Part shown: positions 14,131 through 28,734 of the stretch, one piece after another
How positions within the stretch are numbered: the first letter of the stretch is position 1
Layout: the number at the start of each line of letters is the position of its first letter
From: the human T2T-CHM13v2.0 reference genome, Homo sapiens
Reading direction: 5' to 3' (one strand)
NCBI RefSeq assembly: GCF_009914755.1
Contig: NC_060927.1
Length of the DNA stretch: 64,000 nt
Notes under the pieces: model-generated
What the model was told of the DNA's origin: nothing
The model's input: the letters and a program-made list of their open reading frames with translations, nothing else
Database searches by the model: none
Made by a program: the position numbers and the translations under genes

Positions 14131-16503
14131 GAACTTTATTCAACCACAATTTATTGAACACCTAACATATGCCAAATGCTGAGCATGATTTTGGTAATAC
14201 AATGATAAGAAAATTTGGTCCCTAACCCACAAGTAGTTTGCATTCTAGTGGGGGACCAAGATTAAAACATGAAAAGTTACCTTGCTGCATTAGGGGTTAA
14301 TGCTGCAATGGAAACAGGAAATAGGTGTTGTAGAAGGCAGAAAGGGATGGCTTTTCTGTACTTGGGGAGGTAGGCGGGGCTTAGGTGCAGATAAAAAGAC
14401 CTTTACTAGCTGATGGAAATGCTAGGAATGAGGATGGGGAGAAGGCAGAAAGAACAAGCTTTAGAAGTAGCATGGCATATCAGTGAACTTCAATTGAATC
14501 AAAGCAACATTTGTAAAGGATATGGAGCTTGCGGGTCCAGATTGAGGAAAGCCGTAACCAAGCGGCCTTGTATACATGCTACAGAATATGAGCTTGATCC
14601 TTCAAGAGAGCCGTCTTTAATCTGGGTCTATAAAGTCCCTGAAGTTGCATGTATGTATGTGAATACATCTATCCTAATGTCCTGGAGCTCACTACCCTAG
14701 ATTTACAAAACAGGATCATACCTCATTCCCTAGTTTAAGCTGTCTGTCTCTTGCCTTTACCCTTAATCCCCTAGACTTGAGGCTCTGCTGCTTTTCAGAC
14801 TACAGCCTCTGGCTTCTTTCACCAACAGTGATTGTCACTCCTTTCTTTACACCCTTTTGCATTGCATCAAATTGCAATTGAACCAGTCCAGCTGGCCACA
14901 GAAAAACTTGAGTTATGAGAATGAATGTCTAGAATCAAGTGGGGCTTTAAGCTGGTTGGAGCTGAAGAGATCAAAGAACTATGAGGCTGGGGCATTTAAT
15001 GGATCATCCACAAGGCCACTGAAGGTACTAAAGATATAGCGAGAGTAGGCATTGTGAGTCAGACTGTAAGCCATGCTCTAAAGCCCATTCTCAAAGTGGA
15101 ATATTAACCTGGACGTCAATAATTGAAAATGAGAATGGGCAAGATTGTGGTGCAGTCAGGTGGCAAAAACCTCAAAGAAGCAGGGTTTTTTACATAGGGA
15201 TAGAAGGGTAGTCACTGAGAAACAAGAGTGTGAATTTAGGATTATTCCCACACTGCCTCCAGACCACATGGTATTGTTCCAGTATCCTCATGATGAAGCA
15301 GGAGCTCTCAGAGGGGTCCAGGGAACTCACCCATCCAAGGACTAGAGTAGCACTGCTCCAAGTATTGCAGAGCTGGAAGCCCAGTTTGATTTTTGAGATA
15401 GCATCAAAGGCAGAACCAAAAGCAAAAGACAGGCAAACAATCAGAACAGCTGATTTAAAGGGGCTAGAGGGAGAGGCAGGATTAAAATATTGGGTCACAG
15501 TTTGAAATAACGAATAATGGGCCAGAACAGGCATATAGTGGTGAATAGAAGAATGAGTGGTTGTATTGGGTCTGAAATTTAACATTCCATGAAATGTATT
15601 TATTGGTTCCTCTTTCACAGCCGGATTCCCCCTCAAAGCGTCTTAAGAACTACAAGCAGAGACACAAGGCCCCACCACTATTTACGACAAAAACAGAAAA
15701 AAGGAGATGAGGGGGGACAAGTAGTTCATTTTGTGTAGTGGCGTTGAGGAACCCTCAAAAAACAAAAAAACAACTTGCACAACTTTCCTAGGTTTACCAA
15801 CAGATGAGCAGACAGCGGGAAATCTCATGGAGCTTCAAGGTGGAAGCTTGGAAGGCTTAAGGTTTTTAATTCTTTTATTGGACATAGTCTGACATAAAAA
15901 GCCCAGGCGAAAGTGCCTGCTGTCAGAGCCTTACTCATCCTGGAGGTGAAAGGTCTTTGTTCTTCATCCATCAGAGGAACCTCCCATCCCACCTTCTTCA
16001 CACTCTGGGTCCTGCCTTGGCACATAAATTACACTTGGTATCGTACATCTGGGTCCCATTCCAGCCAACTTATTCTTAACATTTTTAGAGAATGCCCTTC
16101 GCTGTCCTCATGGGCACTTTACCAAGGTGACTTTCTTTTATATATTGTGCGAATATCTGTAACTTACCCATAAAATAATGTTTCCATAAATTTAACAAAT
16201 ACGTATTGTGCTGCTTTTTTTTCCTTTATAACTTTTGCATGTAAGCAAGCCAAACTCATAAACAGAAAGGTCGCAACATTTTTAAACTGAAGATGAAATC
16301 ATCTTAAAGTGTTGTTGGCAAAAACAGGGGTAAGCTTTGATGCGCTGAAGATTGAGGAACTGTGCTATCTCACGATGGCATGCTTCCAGCAGACTGCAGT
16401 GAATGGCACAGCATTGCAGGAGCACAAGCCACATGGTATTGTTCTGCAACAGGTTCAGGATGAGAAGCTTGTTTAGAGGACAAAGGAACACAGGTTCCAG
16501 AGG

Positions 16504-17085
16504 CGTATTGGTCGGGGTTCTCCAGGGGGACAGAACTAATACGATATATGTATGTATGACAGGGTATTTATTAGGGAGAATTGGCTCACATGATAACAAG
16601 GCAAAGTCACACAACTGGCTGTCTGCAAGCTAGGGAAGAAAGAAGCCAGTAGTAACTCAGTCCAAGTTCGAAAGCCTCAAACCAGGGAAGCCAACAGTGC
16701 AGCCTTCAGTCTGTGGCTGAAGGCCCGAGAGCCCCCAGCAAGTCACCGGTGCAAGTCCCCAGAGTCCAAAGGCTGAAGAACCTGGAGTTTGATATCCAAG
16801 GGCAGGAGGAGCAGAAGGAAGCATCCAGCATGGGAAAAAGAAGGAAGCCAGAAGACCCAGCAAGCAAGGTCATCCCACCTTTTTCCACCTGCTCTGTTCT
16901 AGCCTCTCTGGCAGCCGATTGGATGGTGCCCACCCACATTGAGGGTGGATCTTCCTCTCCTAGTCCACCGGCTGAAATGACAATCTCTGGCAACACCCTC
17001 ACAGACACACCCAGAAACAATACTTCACCAGCAACCTAGGCATCTTTCAATTCACTCAAGTTGACACCTAATATTAACTACCGCG
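16504..17085 (-). mobile_element. MLT2A-like (HERV-L) solo LTR
   Basis: MLT2 termini (GTATTGGTCGGGGTTCTCCAG...AAGTTGACACCTAATATTAAC); 5-bp TSD AGAGG at 16499-16503 and 17086-17090. Confidence 0.85.
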
Positions 17086-18975
17086 AGAGGTAAAGCTCCC
17101 GCCTAAGTTAGCAAGGGGAGCTGATGAGTAAGAGGGGACAAAATACACAGCACATGCGAGGATGAGTAATTGGTGCATCCGCACTGGGGAGTAGGCTGAG
17201 AATAACTGGGAAGTTGGGCACGGTGGGAGTTAATTGGCAGGAATTGTTAATAGCTCTGAGGTGCTGTGCAGAGTTATTTCCATGCAGGGGCAAACTGTGG
17301 CTTCTGGTGGTATCAAAGGCCTGTGGGTGCTAGCAGGTTGTAGTGCTCTTTGCCGAGAGTGTTCCTCAACTTCCTTGCTTTTGTTTGCTCATTGTTTGTT
17401 TTTAATCCAAGTTCAGGAGAAAGGGGAGGAAGGAACTGGGCAGGAAAGGCAAATATGAAGGTGGAAAGGATTTAGGCAGAGATGCTGAGCTCATTTACAT
17501 GATAAAGATCTAGGAGAGTGAGGAAAGGAGAGGAAGAAAAATGTACATAGGAATAGGATAGAGGGAAAGTGTTAAAGTGTGGGGCCAAGAGGATCCAGAG
17601 TGGTGTCAGGAGAGGGCTTGAGCCCCTTGTTGCTTGGAGTATGAATTGGATCCCACTTTACGGTCATCATGTTATGTAAATTTCAAAACTTATCTTTTCA
17701 AATGACGCTTGTGGTCAGTGCACTGTGACTGACTATGATTGTGTAAACTGAGCCGCATAGAGCCCCAGGATTTCTTGGATTTCACAATGTTGTTGGAAAA
17801 GTTACTACAGTGGGAATTCCAGATGAAGTCCGGGGAAGGCATGTGTTGTGTGTTGTTGTTTCTTTCAGTGTCATATGGGAATTAGTAAGGCTCTTCAGTG
17901 ACTTCAGGAAATCTGACCTCTAAAGAGATTATTTTTCAACTTGTTGAAGAAAAGGCTTGCTTGTAATTTGTAGACACATAAAAGAAAACAAACAGAAAAA
18001 TGAGATGCACAAGCAGCCAGTTTGCAAAAGAAAAAATAAAATGACAAATTAATAAATAAATAAGTAAGTGCCCCACAGGGAGTTTAGAAACATAACAATA
18101 AAGCACAATAAAATAACATTTTTTAATGTATTAAATCTAAACACTTTTTTTTCTCTTAATGATAAGACCTTTGTTAGTGAGCACAGAGTGAGGGAAAGCA
18201 GGCAGGTGTGTTCGTTGTTGGGAAGAGTTAAACATTTTTCAGGATAATTTGGCAAATACATATCAATACATTCAAACTTTTTTTCTTATCCTTTAGCCTA
18301 GAAATTCCAATTGTAGGATTTTTATCCTAAGGTAAAAATTATGGATTTATTTTAAAAATTAAGAATATTAATTCTAATGTGATCTGTAATCACAAAAAAT
18401 AGAAATGACATAAAAATCTTATAATCATGTTTACCTAAATTATTGTACAACTAAATAGTAAAATACTATAAAGTTATTAAAATAATGTTTTTGAATGATA
18501 GTTACTAATGTGAAAAAAGTAACCAAAATTTAAACTTAGATTCTAAAATCAAGATGCAAAACCTGATTGGCCTGGGCCTGAGAATTGCTGTGTAAGACTA
18601 AGCAAAGTCTTCCCTTTCAATCATCTTTATGGCCACGGAGTTAGATTGACATAAAAAGCCTTCCGAGGAAAAACATTTCCGCCACATCCACATCTGGGTT
18701 CAGGTACGACAGATATGTCCAGCAGACTCATAGGGGACAAGATATATAGGACAGGAGTGGGCTTGCAGAGAAGGACTCTGGGGCCCTTGGGTGATTATAT
18801 GTCACAGAGTAAATAGGAGACTGGTGAGTTGAGCTGAACTTAGCAACAGTTTCAGGCACAGCAGGGAAAGGATTTCAAATGTTTCATTCCAAGTACTTCA
18901 GAGGATTGAGGACAGTAAACACATACCCCGAAGTGGTATTAGAGGTAGACATGTGTTATTTAAGAATGCGGGGCA

Positions 18976-19354
<379 letters not shown>

Positions 19355-20649
19355 TTAATCCGCAGTACTTCCTTAATTATTTTAATATAAAGCTAAAGTT
19401 CCTTCTCTTATCCTTACATTAAATGGATGCTCAAAAGATGCTCTGTGGGTGTCCTGGGGCATTGAGTCCCTCTGGCACATCACTGAGCACTGCCAGGATC
19501 ACAGGCATCTGATTTAAGAAACACATTCTGGTGGATCTGGAAAAGTGTGTGTGTCTGAGGAGCTGTGCGTGCCTGAGGAGTTAAAGCTGTACGGGTATCA
19601 AAAGAGCAATCTAACTAGATGCTGGCTGAGCAGGCATTGAGCTGCCAGGCACCAAGTGGGCTGGAGGCATCAAGACAAAGCATTGAGAGAGGTTGATCTT
19701 TGTGGGTGCAGCCTTGGCTGGGTGGGTAAGAAGGCATTCAGTAGGTCTCTAGCTTCTGCGGGTGGTGGCAGCACCTCCCTTTGGCAGAGATAAGGCAGCT
19801 ACTTTGGTAGACCCTCAGATTGACAGAAACTTAGAGACTCCCCAAAATACATACGTTGGAGGGGAGATGGCAGTGATTTTACTTGGGTCTTAAATTCATT
19901 TAATGCAGGTAAGGCTTTGTACTAAAGTTGAGTTATCTCTTCCATGATATTATTTGGGGCTATTGAAGAAAGGGCTGTATAAAGTAGGGCAAAGCCTTGG
20001 CCACAGAAGGTTATAACGCAAGACAATTTACTGGCCAGTATTGGCTGGTGGCTTCCACTGGACATCAGCAAGACTACCTGGGCAACCGCGTGGCTCCCTG
20101 GTGCAGATGACAGGTGGTAGTTGCACTGGCTGAGGCTGTGTTCTCTTTATCTTGATCTGCTCCTGGCCGTGATAACTCTAAGTCTATACCTCAGACTTCC
20201 TTGACTTCCTCTGACCTGGTTTCAAGAATAGTCACTCTTACAAATATGTATGCAAACATTTCTGTTTTAGACTTACAGTTTTTGACCTTAAAGTTCCGAG
20301 TCTTCTCACCATTTTTTCTGGTTTTGTTGTATTCATATTTTCTCAATGTTTAAGCTGGGGGAAGGGCAGGCGCGGAGTGAACAGCGGAGGGGATTTCATA
20401 AGATGTGTGTAAGGCACGACGGTAGGGATGGAGTAGGGAGGAGTGAACATAAAAAACAAGCTGAAAAGAAATGAACCAAAATGCCTACAGTCATAGGAGG
20501 TGAGATTCTGTGTGGCTTTTCTTCTTTATGCATTTGTTTTCAAAACATTTCTACAAATAGACACTTATTACTTTTATAAACAGAAAACTATTCATGAATG
20601 TTATTATTTTTCTAAGATGAGGAAGAATCACAATGAGCCAGCGAGAATT

Positions 20650-21230
20650 CTCTAGGAATGAGTTATCATAAACAAACCTAATATGATATTTGGATAGACC
20701 TACTGAGCTGGTAAATCAGAATAGTTACACATGGGATTTCTTATTATTTTATTATGTGAAAGCTAAATTGGTTGAATAAGCATATCCAAAAAGTGCTTAT
20801 TATAATGTGCGAATATTAACGTGGAGCTATGTCTCCAGTAAATTGCCACAGGACTCTGTGCACCTTCATATAATAACGTAGATGGAAATTTTAAAGTTGT
20901 GCTTATTAAATTTGCAGATGAAAACTAAGGGAAAATATCAAAATCAAGATTCACAATGATTTAACATGAATTGGAGAGTGGGTTAAAATTACCAAGAATT
21001 TAAGCAATAATAGTGTAAAGTTTGACAAATCAACTTCACATAGATGGGATTGGGGAGATGGCTGGTTTAACGAGACTTCATGCAATAAAAGACCTGAGAG
21101 CTTCAGCTCACTGCAAGCTCAGTGGTATCTAAGAGCATGACAGCAACGCTGCTGTGATGATAGGCAGTATTAATAAGACTGTCATACCCGGAACAGAGAA
21201 GTGATATCTCCCCATTCTCTGACTAGATGA
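20650..21230 (+). mobile_element. Degraded CR1/L3 LINE reverse transcriptase fragment
   Basis: CTTATTAAATTTGCAGATGAAAACTAAG (KFADDTKL-like), AAGATTCACAATGATTTA (IQxDL-like) and AAAGACCTGAGAG (KDLG-like) in the expected order. Confidence 0.6.
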
Positions 21231-21865
21231 CAAGCTTTATCGCTTGTGTGTATGTGCCCTTATTGGCCCAACCACATTGGGTTTGTAGGATGGGGAGGCA
21301 GGAGGAGGGTGCTGCCTCATCCCAGAGAATTTTGGACACATTCCCCAGTGCCACAGGGGCAATGCTACGGCTGATGGTGATTTTGGAGTTCATACATAAC
21401 TCTGGACCCAGTACTTAGATCTGCTAATGAGTAGATAGCTTATGCAATTTCCCTACCTTGTAATTTCCTCCTCTGTGAGAGTATTTGTGAAAAAATATTG
21501 CATAAGGACTTTAAAAAAATGGTTAGAGCTAAGTTTTGTTCTGAAGTCTAGGCCAAAATTGGATTTGAGATTGATGGATAGAAGAGGTTTTCTACTTTCA
21601 TTTGCTAAAACCATGAACTTGGATTTGATCCTGGAAGGAGAAAATGTTTTTTGCAATGATATCTATCAGGAGCTTGCTGGTTGGACTGATTGCTATTGAT
21701 TGACTGCTTACCAAATGTTTTTAAGATGACCTCTAGATATGCTCTCTGGTTTAGTCATCTCATTATAAAATTTGCAGAGTATTAGCTATGAGTGATTATA
21801 ATCAAATAGACAATAAATTTCTTACAGTCAGGAAACATATGCCTTTTAGGATTTTCATTTCTAGT

Positions 21866-21936
21866 CCCTCCCTTCCTCCCTCCCTCCCTTCCTCCCTTCC
21901 TTCCTTCCTTCCTTTCTTCCTTTCTTCTTTCTTTCT
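21866..21936. repeat. (CCTT)n/CT-rich microsatellite
   Basis: Direct reading. Confidence 0.9.
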
Positions 21937-22754
21937 GCAGTGTCAAATAGTGCTAAGCACAATGTAGTAGATGACTGATTGATAGTGATAGTCCCAATCT
22001 TTACATAACTGAGGGCCCCCAGGTCAGGCTAAACTATTGCAAATTCAGACAAGACTAAGGAGGTTCTACAGTCAGCTGTATTTGCATGAAGCTGAGAGTC
22101 CACTGGGGAAGAAAAATCCTCCCACAGAAGGAAAGTCAAGGCCAGTAGCTGGGTCCAAAGATAATGGGATAGACCATACTGTGACCATCTGCCAAGGACA
22201 AGCAGCAGCAGGAATCACTGCAGCAGCTGCAGGAAGGCATGGGGCCCAAGGCCACCTGGAGGCAGCTGGAGGAAATGAGTGTGGGAGCCTGTGCTGCCCG
22301 AAGAGCAGGCTCCTGAGGGAGACATATCCTGGAACATTCGAGCTGGGACAGAGTCCCGCGGTCCTGCAGCCAGGGTGAAGTAAAGGAAAATAGTGTGGCC
22401 TAGAGCACCAGGGTTCTCGTGTGTTTTAAACTATTTTGAAAAACAGTTAGAAGAGAAAACTGGTGTACATCCTTCAAAGGGCACACTCCCGTATCTTTCC
22501 TCATGAGGAAAAGCTGGTAAAAGTAATACCTCCTCTGTGCTTTCAGAGTGTCTACTGTTGACAAACACCATGTTTAGGTTAGAAAGAGTCTACTGATTTT
22601 TCATTCCAGAGTTACACTCATATGTTAAAAATAAAGGCTTTTATTCACTAAATGTGCACCAAAAATTATACAAATCTTTCTTCTAAGAAAACAGAGCATA
22701 AGGTTTTCCTAACTGAAATAATTATGTTTTTCAAAAACCAACTATAGAAATTAT

Positions 22755-23145
22755 TCCTCACCACATGTTCTCACTCATATGTGGAAGCTAAAAAAAGTTG
22801 ATCTCATAGAAGTAGAAAGTAGAACAGAGGATACTAGAGGCTGGGAAGGATGGGGGATGGGGGAGGGAATAGGGAGAGGCTTATTAAAGGATACAGTATT
22901 ATAGCTAGAGAGGAGGAATAAGTTCCAGTGTTCTATACCACTACAGAATAACTCTGGTTAACAATAATAGATTATATATTTTTAAATAGTTAGAAAGAAG
23001 ATATTGAATGTTCCCAATATAAAGAAATGATATTTGAGATGATGATTACGCAAATTAACCTGATATGATCACAATAGATTTTACATTTTGAAACACCACT
23101 ATGTTTCCCATAAAAATGTACAATAATTATATGTCGATTTTTCAA
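22755..23145 (+). mobile_element. L1MA-type 3' end
   Basis: CATGTTCTCACTCATATGTGGAAGCTAAAAAAAGTTGATCTCATAGAAGTAG and GGAATAAGTTCCAGTGTTCTATA. Confidence 0.85.
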
Positions 23146-23237
23146 AATGGCATTAAATCTATGTTGTAAATGCTTCTCAGATTTGATCAATGTGTATGTG
23201 CTCTTTGAAATGTCTTTAATTAAAAAAAAAAAAAAAG

Positions 23238-23596
<359 letters not shown>

Positions 23597-24778
23597 TTAA
23601 AAAGTTTTTCTGAGAATTTTTATTATTATTAATACATAAAATGAACTCTTCACAGTGTTTGTGGCTTCATTGGTCATAAGCAAGCATTTATAGTACTTTA
23701 ATAATGCTAGATTTTAATATGCTTTTTAGAAGCACCTTGTAATCATATGGTCTGCCCTCATTACTATATTTCTTGATTGGTGAATATTGCGTCTGTACGT
23801 CAGTGAGCAATCCTCAGTTTTCAGCTCAGGCGAGCTCCGACCCTGTTGTAGGTATTAAAAGCCTTTGAGTTATCATTGGCCTTAAAGTGCATATAGTTGA
23901 GTTTTATAATTTTTTTCTAGTTGTTGTTTTTTTCCTATATGGAGGAAAGAGGAACAAAGGTAAATTGTAGGTGGCCTGAAGTGGATGTCTTCTGAGGATC
24001 ACAACTTGTATTAAATGGGCATAGCCTGACCTTTGTTACACACAACATGGTCCATTTCCATATTTACAAAATGTGTTTTTAGGAAACATAGTATAATAAA
24101 ATATGAAATGAGGCAAAAGGGTAGGAATTTGGCTTTCATTTTGCTTTTGGTAGGGAGCTTTTGTCTCAATCTTGGAACAAACTGAAAAACAGGAGTAGTA
24201 CTTTAACTACATATTTAACTACATATTTAAAAGCATATTTTAATGCTGGAAGTAATGATTAAGCAAGAGCAGGACCCAGATTGATTCGCCTCTTTGGAAT
24301 TACGTGAATGAAATTTGCTTGGAGGATAAAAGGGGATGGAAAAGATTAGTGGATGACACTAGAAAGGTTTTTTTTTTTAATATAACTTCGGTTAATTGAG
24401 TATTAGGAAAAACAAAGGGCAAACATTTGATAATTTATGTATGCATGTCTGTGTGTGTGTGTAAATGGTAAGTCTATTTTCACAGCTCTTACTATTTCTT
24501 ACCCCCTATACACGTGCCCATAGACTTGCCTGTAAATGATCTGTGTGGGTTTCACCAAAGATGGCAGAAATGTCTTCTTCAGTGTGCTTTCTACACTGTT
24601 TCTTACCTTCCTGCCTTTCTGTCATTTACTAAACATTTATTTCCAAACTGGGTTCTTTAAAAAATTATTTCCCTCCTCTACTTTATAGGAAACAGACAAT
24701 TCACTTGTCATATAAGCACCTCTTACACCAAGTTTACAAGAACATGGATTAGAGTTTTGAGCACTTTTGAAAAGTTTA

Positions 24779-25110
<332 letters not shown>

Positions 25111-27741
25111 GAGCAAAAATAATGGTGGATACTACTTTACATTATCATCGAGGCTCTGAGTGATGGGGAAAGGAGGACCTATATGGCGAAAGAATATACA
25201 GTTCACTCTGTTTTCAAATATCTTAAATATCTTAAGTGAATATGGTATAAAAACCACAAAGCATAGTTTTATCCTCAAAGGACATAAAGGAAATAAAATC
25301 TTCAGAAAAGAAGGGCTGTGTTTGTGCTGGGGAGAGAGTTGGGAAGAACACGTTGTGAAAAAAAAAAAAAAAAGGAATACTTCAGCCAAGTACTTCGTTC
25401 TTTTAGCCTGAGGCCAAAACTATAAAAATTAGAAGAAACCCTCGCTTTAGGACTAGAATGAAGTGTTTATATTATAGATCCTGGTAGCTAATTCTGCAGG
25501 AACATTACTCTAAGCTCCATAAGGTGATGAAGATGCTGCCACTCTGGTCTTCAGTCTTCCACTTTTCTTTCCAGTAAAAACTTAGAACTGTTATTAGCAT
25601 CATTACTTGATCATTATTGTTACAAATAGTTACTAATAAATAACCAAAACTAAAAAACATATTTAGAAGCAATACACTAGACATTGTTTTGTTACATATA
25701 TTCAGAAGATTTTAAACTCAGCACTAGATGATGCTAACAAAAGTGACTTGTAGAATTTGAACAATTGTGCTGAGCTTATGCCAAATTTATCCAAATTTAA
25801 TGAACCAAGTAATGATATTGAGGACTCACATGTAATAGGGGAATTTTTTATCCTTTAAAACCTAAAGGTGAAATGAAAATTTGCCCTCTTCCTAAACTAT
25901 GAGTTTCTTGGGGCATCACTTATTTATCCCAAAAATTTGGTATTACCACTCAAATTTTGAACAACTGAACTAATCTAAATCATGACTCATCGGTCACTAG
26001 ATGGGGTTAAAGCATTTTCATCCTCTGTTACCATGGGAAGAGAAAGGTTCTGGATGACTATCCTTTCTCCCACTCAGCATGTGTGGGATTATTAAACCCC
26101 AAATAGAACACTGCTAAATGTTTTTTCATATTTTGTTTTTCTATAAACAAACTTTATCTGTGGCCTTGTAGCAGTTAGTCAGTTCCAGGAAACGCACAGC
26201 TAACAATGTCATTCCCCCTGTATTGCGCATAATATAAAAAGAGTTTAAGTAAATATTTGAATTAGGACAATTTGAAAAATTTAACTTTGGAGTTCCCTAG
26301 CATTTATTGACCACTTCTTTTCAGGATAGCTATTTCAGCTGATTAAACATGTCATACCTGTGCCATTTAAATGAAGCTAGTTCAATGTAACATACTATAT
26401 AGTAGCAGAGTACGATTTTAGAAACTCAGCATTTGCAAAAGGGAACTCAAATTAGAAGGTTAAGCTCCTGTTGGGTATCAAAGAGAAGCTGGTCTATAAA
26501 TAGCAGTATAGCAACACCTAGTGCTAAACACAGATATAGCAGAAAGATAATCAGTCACAACAGCCTTATTCAATATTAGGTTAATATTGCAATTGGATGA
26601 CTTTTTTCTTGGTATTTTAACTGGAATTCTTTTGTGAAATGGCAGACTTGGACTGGCTGGTCTCAAAGGTCCTTGCTGGCTCTGCCTGTGATACTCCAGT
26701 TGGGTTATTACTCTGTGCCTTTCATTGTCATTGCCCTACATTCTTTTTAGTCTGTAAGATAAAGGGGCCTTGCAGAGGCCTAGCTTTTATCTTTTATGTC
26801 AATCTGCGCTGTATGGATTGTGTAGAAGAAATGGAAGGGCTTACGTACTAGGAAAATGTGATGTGGAAGTCCCACAAACATCCGTTTCTCGTATCGTGCC
26901 ACTTTAAGAAAAATAAAAACAAAAACAAAGGCAGGATATCTGGGTTGTTGAAAAGAGAAAATAAATTGTGAGCCTTTCGATACAAAACTGATACCCTCAA
27001 TCTGCCTTCAGTAGGTGATGTTTAGAGTGTGTGACCTGGCTCCTTATGTCATACGGATGCACTTAGTCGTTCAATTTTCCTGTTTTAGAAAAGACCACAT
27101 TATCGTCATATGAAACTACAATAGAAACATGAGTTTGCATAGCCAAATTTTTCCAAGTTAAAATGTTAATATCAGTATCTTACTTTTCTACACAATTAGG
27201 GGAAAGTATTACCTATGCAAAGAGGTCTGCTGAAAGAGAGAAAAGATTTTAATATGTAGAGATATTAATACATAAAACCACAGGCCAAGCAAAAGATCTA
27301 TTAAATTAGATAGGTCATCATGAACAGCAACTACTTTAAAAGTCAGCAGTGGATTTAAAAGGTGTTTGTCAGAGCTTTTTCCCAGAGGCAGAAGTTCTTG
27401 CCGGACTTCAGGCAGTTAGTCTGCGATGTTGCATCTTCCTCTATTTAACGCAGAGTCATGTGTCAATGTGTCGTGTGCTGACATAGCAAGCCCAAAATAA
27501 TCTCAGCCATGGGTCACTTCAGTGCAGCTCTCCCATGTATCTACATACAACGCATGTAAATTCACAATGCAGTTTCCAGGTGAGCTAACCTGGAAGATCT
27601 TCTTTGTATTTCAGTGTGGATTTTCATAAAGAAGAGGGCTGGAGCAGTTTAAGACCAAAATATTAAATATCGCTTGTTTCTGAGGGAAGGCCTGAGAAGC
27701 TAGCTTTCACAGCAAACTGGTCTGTATAAACTAGCAATTGT

Positions 27742-27880
27742 AGCCTTCGTGCAGTGGCTCATGCCTGTAGCCCCAGCACTTTAGGATGCTGACATAGTAG
27801 GATCACTGGAAGCCAGGAGTTCAAGACCAGCCTGGGCACATAGCAAGATCCCATCTATACAAAAAATAAAACTCAAAAAA
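27742..27880 (+). mobile_element. Alu left monomer (FLAM-like)
   Basis: Single Alu arm followed by an A-rich tail. Confidence 0.7.
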
Positions 27881-27924
27881 ATTAAAACTAAGTAAACTAA
27901 CAACTGTGATGATAAGCAGTGGTT

Positions 27925-28250
27925 TCATTCATTCACTCTCATCCATTCATTCATTCATTAGTTCATTGACTCAACAATACTTTCTGTGCATCTACTATAG
28001 ACCACAGGCATTGTTTTTGGCTCTGGGATACAGTGGTGAATAAAACAAAGTCCTTGCCTTCATGAAGCTGTTATTCTAATTGGGAAGACACACAGTAAAG
28101 ACATAAGCCAAGAGCTATGAAGAATAAAGTCAGGTGGTAACGAGGCCATGAAGATCCATAAAGCCAGATAAAGGGATGGAGAGGGGGAGATTGGTAAGGG
28201 AAAATCTTTGAGCAGAGATGTGGATGAAGTTGAGACAGTGAACCAAATTG
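27925..28250 (-). mobile_element. L2 3' end
   Basis: (TTCA)n tail then ...CTCTGGGATACAGTGGTGAATAAAACAAAGTCCTTGCC. Confidence 0.7.
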
Positions 28251-28347
28251 TTTGTACCAACCTTAGCTCACTTTGCTTTTCTACATGTGTTGAAATATAC
28301 AGAAAATTGAGGCTCATGATATTTTTAACATTGCTTAGAAAACACAG

Positions 28348-28734
<387 letters not shown>

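Noticed and set aside
15145-15636. 148-aa minus-strand ORF and overlapping ORFs
   Set aside because: No recognisable domain or convincing splice context; likely decayed repeat or chance
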